Shown: positions 39,591 through 42,931 of the stretch, piece by piece
Position numbering within the stretch: the stretch's first letter is position 1
Layout of the letters: each line of letters opens with the position of its first letter
Sequence record: OL657228.1
Source of the DNA: Escherichia phage 21
Length of the DNA: 42,931 bases
Strand: one strand, 5' to 3'
Program-made: the position numbers and the translations under genes
Notes under the pieces: generated by a model
Told to the model about the DNA's origin: nothing
The model's database searches: none
What the model saw: only the letters and a program-made list of their open reading frames with translations

Positions 39591-39665
39591 GGGTCAGTCG
39601 TATAAAGGTCATTACGGAAGGCTGTTAACCTTCTTATCGTGGTTCGAGTCCACGCTGTCCCGCCA
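39591..39665 (+). tRNA. tRNA-like gene, anticodon GUU (Asn) by hand folding, atypical D-arm
   Basis: 75 nt by hand fold: acceptor GGGTCAG/CTGTCCC (one mismatch), anticodon stem GGAAG/CCTTC with loop CUGUUAA, T-arm CGTGG-TTCGAGT-CCACG, 3' CCA encoded (approximate coordinates). Confidence 0.55.
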
Positions 39666-39670
39666 AACAT

Positions 39671-39746
39671 GCTGGTTTAGCTCCAATGGTAGAGCAGTCG
39701 CCTTGTAAGCGAATGGGTAGCGGTTCAAGTCCGTTAACCAGCACCA
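39671..39746 (+). tRNA. tRNA-like gene, anticodon UGU (Thr) by hand folding
   Basis: About 76 nt: acceptor GCTGGTT/AACCAGC, D-arm TAGCTCCAATGGTAGAGCA, anticodon loop CUUGUAA, T-loop TTCAAGT, 3' ACCA (approximate coordinates; anticodon assignment tentative). Confidence 0.55.
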
Positions 39747-39865
39747 TAACTGAGCCGTAGCCACTGGCTATCATGAATTCATCAGTGATAGTTACGCTGC
39801 GGCCTTCTTTTTTTCCCCTTCCCAATATAAGAACTACGCAATCCGTTACTGGCGGAGGCGTTGCT

Positions 39866-40081
39866 ATGAAATCAATGGACAAAATCTCAACTGGCATTGC
39901 CTACGGAACATCTGCTGGTAGTGCGGGATACTGGTTTTTGCAGTGGTTGGATCAGGTCAGTCCGTCACAGTGGGCTGCGATTGGAGTGCTTGGAAGCCTT
40001 GTGTTGGGTTTTCTCACTTATCTGACAAATCTGTATTTCAAAATCAGAGAAGACAGACGAAAGGCTGCGAGAGGTGAATAA
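39866..40081 (+). CDS. S: pinholin S21 (dual-start holin/antiholin)
   Basis: 71-aa frame [71 protein letters not shown]; dual-start MKSM motif; matches phage-21 S21 as I recall it. Confidence 0.9.
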   Translation: MKSMDKISTGIAYGTSAGSAGYWFLQWLDQVSPSQWAAIGVLGSLVLGFLTYLTNLYFKIREDRRKAARGE

Positions 40082-40578
40082 TGCCTCCATCATTACGAAA
40101 AGCCGTTGCTGCTGCTATTGGTGGCGGGGCTATTGCCATAGCATCTGTGTTAATCACTGGCCCAAGTGGTAACGATGGTCTGGAAGGTGTCAGCTACATA
40201 CCATACAAAGATATTGTTGGTGTATGGACTGTATGTCACGGGCATACAGGAAAAGACATCATGCTCGGTAAAACGTATACCAAAGCAGAATGCAAAGCCC
40301 TCCTGAATAAAGACCTTGCCACGGTCGCCAGACAAATTAACCCGTACATCAAAGTCGATATACCGGAAACAATGCGCGGCGCTCTTTACTCATTCGTTTA
40401 CAACGTGGGTGCTGGCAATTTCAGAACATCGACGCTTCTTCGCAAAATAAACCAGGGCGATATCAAAGGCGCATGTGATCAGCTACGTCGCTGGACATAT
40501 GCTGGCGGTAAGCAATGGAAAGGTCTCATGACTCGTCGTGAGATTGAGCGTGAAATCTGTTTGTGGGGTCAGCAATGA
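40081..40578 (+). CDS. R: SAR endolysin (R21-like lysozyme)
   Basis: 165 aa; N-terminal signal-anchor-release segment ([20 protein letters not shown]) followed by a lysozyme-like domain; pairs with the pinholin. Confidence 0.88.
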   Translation: MPPSLRKAVAAAIGGGAIAIASVLITGPSGNDGLEGVSYIPYKDIVGVWTVCHGHTGKDIMLGKTYTKAECKALLNKDLATVARQINPYIKVDIPETMRGALYSFVYNVGAGNFRTSTLLRKINQGDIKGACDQLRRWTYAGGKQWKGLMTRREIEREICLWGQQ

Positions 40579-41036
40579 ACAGAGTAACCGCGATTATCTC
40601 CGCTCTGGTTATCTGCATCATCGTCTGCCTGTCATGGGCTGTTAATCATTACCGTGATAACGCCATTACCTACAAAGCCCAGCGCGACAAAAATGCCAGA
40701 GAACTGACGCTGGCGAACGCGGTAATTACTGACATACAGATGCGTCAGCGTGATGTTGCTGCGCTCGATGCAAAATACACGAAGGAGTTAGCTGATGCGA
40801 AAGCTGAAAATGATGCTCTGCGTGATGATGTTGCCGCTGGTCGTCGTCGGTTGCACATCAAAGCAGTCTGTCAGTCAGTGCGTGAAGCCACCACCGCCTC
40901 CGGCGTGGATAATGCAGCCTCCCCCCGACTGGCAGACACCGCTGAACGGGATTATTTCACCCTCAGAGAGAGGCTGATCACTATGCAAAAACAACTGGAA
41001 GGAACCCAGAAGTATATTAATGAGCAGTGCAGATAG
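40575..41036 (+). CDS. Rz: spanin inner-membrane subunit Rz
   Basis: Start [21 protein letters not shown]; near-identical to lambda Rz. Confidence 0.9.
   Translation: MNRVTAIISALVICIIVCLSWAVNHYRDNAITYKAQRDKNARELTLANAVITDIQMRQRDVAALDAKYTKELADAKAENDALRDDVAAGRRRLHIKAVCQSVREATTASGVDNAASPRLADTAERDYFTLRERLITMQKQLEGTQKYINEQCR
40795..40977 (+). CDS. Rz1: spanin outer-membrane lipoprotein Rz1 (embedded in Rz, +1 frame)
   Basis: 60 aa with lipobox (LVVVGC) and proline-rich tract, fully nested within Rz in another frame. Confidence 0.88.
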   Translation: MRKLKMMLCVMMLPLVVVGCTSKQSVSQCVKPPPPPAWIMQPPPDWQTPLNGIISPSERG

Positions 41037-41067
41037 AGCTGCCCATATCGATGGGCAACTCATGCAA

Positions 41068-41361
41068 TTATTGTGAGCAATACACACGCGCTTCCAGCGG
41101 AGTATAAATGCCTAAAGTAATAAAACCGAGCAATCCATTTACGAATGTTTGCTGGGTTTCTGTTTTAACAACATTTTCTGCACCACCACAAATTTTTGCT
41201 GCATCGACAGTTTTCTTCTGCCCAATTCCCGAAACGAAGAAATGATGGGTGATGGTTTCCTTTGGTGTTACTGCTGTAGGTTTGTTTCCAACAGTAAACG
41301 TCTGTTGAGCACATCCTGTAATAAGCATTGCCAGAGCGGCAGAAAACAACATTTTTTTCAT
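41068..41361 (-). CDS. bor: Bor serum-resistance lipoprotein
   Basis: 97-aa frame MKKMLFSAALAMLITGCAQQTFTV...EARVYCSQ, near-identical to lambda Bor. Confidence 0.92.
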   Translation of the reverse strand: MKKMLFSAALAMLITGCAQQTFTVGNKPTAVTPKETITHHFFVSGIGQKKTVDAAKICGGAENVVKTETQQTFVNGLLGFITLGIYTPLEARVYCSQ

Positions 41362-41841
41362 CTTATTATCCTGCATTGTTAAAAACGGCAGAATCCTATG
41401 TGACAACAATTAAACGATAGTTAAATGGATTGATGAAAATTAAAACTACACAGGTGGGCTCAGACTATTGGAGGAAGTTGGGGACACTCAGAATCCTGTG
41501 GAATGAAATAAACCGGTCTATCCGTCCATTACCCTTTTAGCTGCGCTGTATCGTCGCCGTATTCCCGCATTAACCATGACCGTAGCCCGACGGGGAATTC
41601 CTTCTGCGTGAGTGTGCGGGAATAATTAAAAACGATGCACACCGGGTTTTTACCGCGTTAATGATTCGCGGGTTTATCCCGGTGCGATGGTGGAAGAAAC
41701 AGGAAGCTGTATTACAGAAAGTGCTACTACTGTATCCCGATGCGATGTATGTAATGTGAGTCAGATAATGGCACAGGATGTGGTGATGTGGCAGTCTGGA
41801 ACACAGGATATATTGTCAGAATAAGACCCGTAGGAATAAAA

Positions 41842-42168
41842 ATGAAAAGACGCCTTTTACTACTTTTTCTGTTATCTGTCCTGGCAGTGGGATGCTCGCA
41901 GCAAAAAGCTGATGAGCCCCGGCAATTAGTGACGGTGTATCCACGATATCCGGAATATGCTGCAGCAAATTATATCAAGGGGCTGGTTGAGGTTAAGTTC
42001 GATATTGGTGCTGATGGGACTGTGACACGGATCGTTTTTCTCCGCTCAGAGCCTCATAATTTGTTTCGTGATGAAGTGGTGAAGGCCATGGCGAAATGGC
42101 GATTTGAAAAGAATCGCCCCTGTCAGGGAGTGAAGAGACAATTTATCTTTACGCCGTCACGTCCTTGA
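41842..42168 (+). CDS. putative envelope lipoprotein (TonB C-terminal-like)
   Basis: Start MKRRLLLLFLLSVLAVGCSQQ (lipobox LAVGC) with SD AGGA upstream; C-terminal part (YPRYPEYAAANYIKGLVEVKFDIGADGTV...AMAKWRF) resembles a TonB C-terminal domain. Confidence 0.6.
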   Translation: MKRRLLLLFLLSVLAVGCSQQKADEPRQLVTVYPRYPEYAAANYIKGLVEVKFDIGADGTVTRIVFLRSEPHNLFRDEVVKAMAKWRFEKNRPCQGVKRQFIFTPSRP

Positions 42169-42290
42169 TGCTTCCAGGTAGAGAGGGGCTGGAAGCAGGA
42201 GAAAAATGAAAGAGCCAGCGGTTATATTTTTGTCATGGCTGACGAGGAATGATGGAAGAAGGCGTTGTATGCCACACAACGCCTCACTGT

Positions 42291-42470
42291 TCATTTCTTC
42301 TTTTTCTCTGGTGGAACCCGATGAATAAGAGTTGCACTGGTTTCCGATGAGATGGCGATATACTCGGGCAAAGTATGCTGGCAGTTTTCCAACTGGTCAA
42401 AAATACCTGCTCTCGTCTGTTGCAATGCCTGCAGCATGCGGCGGCAATGCGCCTTGCTTTTACTAACCAT
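42291..42470 (-). CDS. hypothetical small protein (59 aa)
   Basis: ATG preceded by SD GGAAGGAAAG; MVSKSKAHCRRMLQALQQTRAGIFDQLENCQHTLPEYIAISSETSATLIHRVPPEKKKK; no family recognised. Confidence 0.45.
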   Translation of the reverse strand: MVSKSKAHCRRMLQALQQTRAGIFDQLENCQHTLPEYIAISSETSATLIHRVPPEKKKK

Positions 42471-42531
42471 CTTTCCTTCCTCTATCAGTCGCTGCGTGAA
42501 CTCATCATGGAATACCAGGTAAATGCGGATG

Positions 42532-42783
42532 TTATCGGTTTTGGCTACGCAGCATAGTACAAAACGGACAGGTGCATCCCGGGACGGGGGAGGCGTCACA
42601 TGTCCCTGTGATGGTTGTTCCGGGTAATGTACTGTGTGGGGCATAAAAATGTCCGATAATTTTACTTTCTACCGCAGTTAGTTGATTCGTTGGTCCTGGT
42701 AGCACATTGGGCGAGGATTTAAATGCCAGGCAACTGAAGGATGATGTCGCAAGGGAGATAGCGAGAATATTTCTGATTTTCAT
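42532..42783 (-). CDS. hypothetical small secreted cysteine-containing protein (83 aa)
   Basis: ATG preceded by SD-like GAGG; N-terminal signal-peptide-like segment MKIRNILAISLATSSFSCLA; C-terminal Cys cluster GTCDASPVPGCTCPFC; immediately upstream of the 59-aa ORF on the same strand. Confidence 0.45.
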   Translation of the reverse strand: MKIRNILAISLATSSFSCLAFKSSPNVLPGPTNQLTAVESKIIGHFYAPHSTLPGTTITGTCDASPVPGCTCPFCTMLRSQNR

Positions 42784-42852
42784 TTGATGATGCCTCTGTG
42801 TGAAATGACGGTAAACGACGCACTTGTGCCGGCACATAATAGCAAGCACCAT

Positions 42853-42931
42853 AATAGATCAGATTCGATTCTTGCTGTAAGTGATAATTATTCTCGTTTT
42901 CGGGTCCTTTCCGTCGATCCAACAGGTTACG
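42853..42931. promoter_or_regulatory. cos: cos right end
   Basis: Terminal ...CCGTCGATCCAACAGGTTACG resembles the lambda right end (...CGACAGGTTACG); together with the left end defines a linear cos-to-cos genome. Confidence 0.7.

Noticed and set aside
39634-39897. 87-aa minus-strand ORF spanning the tRNA-like region and S upstream region
   Set aside because: Overlaps two cloverleaf-folding tRNA-like sequences and the pinholin start on the opposite strand; more parsimonious as non-coding.
1-42931. Possibility that this is a chromosomal prophage with host flanks
   Set aside because: No host genes at either end; termini are cohesive-end sequences; the icd fragment is internal and only about 165 bp with phage-type substitutions, as expected for attP rather than a prophage junction.

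Overview
The window reads as a complete cos-to-cos lambdoid phage genome (42,931 bp) in vegetative gene order, not a chromosomal prophage segment. It begins with the lambda-type 12-nt cohesive end GGGCGGCGACCT and ends with ...CAGGTTACG. Gene order is cos, terminase (Nu1/A), head genes (W,B,C/Nu3,D,E,FI,FII), tail genes (Z,U,V,G,G-T,H,M,L,K,I,J), side tail fibre, a cargo 'b-region', attP/int/xis, early-left recombination genes, N, cI/cro immunity, cII/O/P replication, a reduced nin region, Q, two tRNA-like genes, the lysis cassette, bor and right-end morons. It is a mosaic: many proteins are near-identical to lambda by my recall (Z,U,V,G,H,O,P,Ren,Exo,Bet,Gam,Kil,CIII,Ea10,Ral,NinG,Bor), while N, the boxB hairpins, Q, the S/R lysis pair (pinholin plus SAR endolysin) and the icd-targeting integration module look phage-21-like. 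The b-region carries a complete sitABCD Mn/Fe ABC transporter with MntR and Fur boxes, an IS3-family remnant, and an orphan AT-rich gene with no recognisable family next to attP; that orphan gene is my best candidate for an undescribed accessory or defence function. All identifications are from reading the translations and sequence by eye; no searches were run. CDS coordinates follow the supplied ORF track (starts refined by homology); hand-located motif coordinates are approximate to a few bp.
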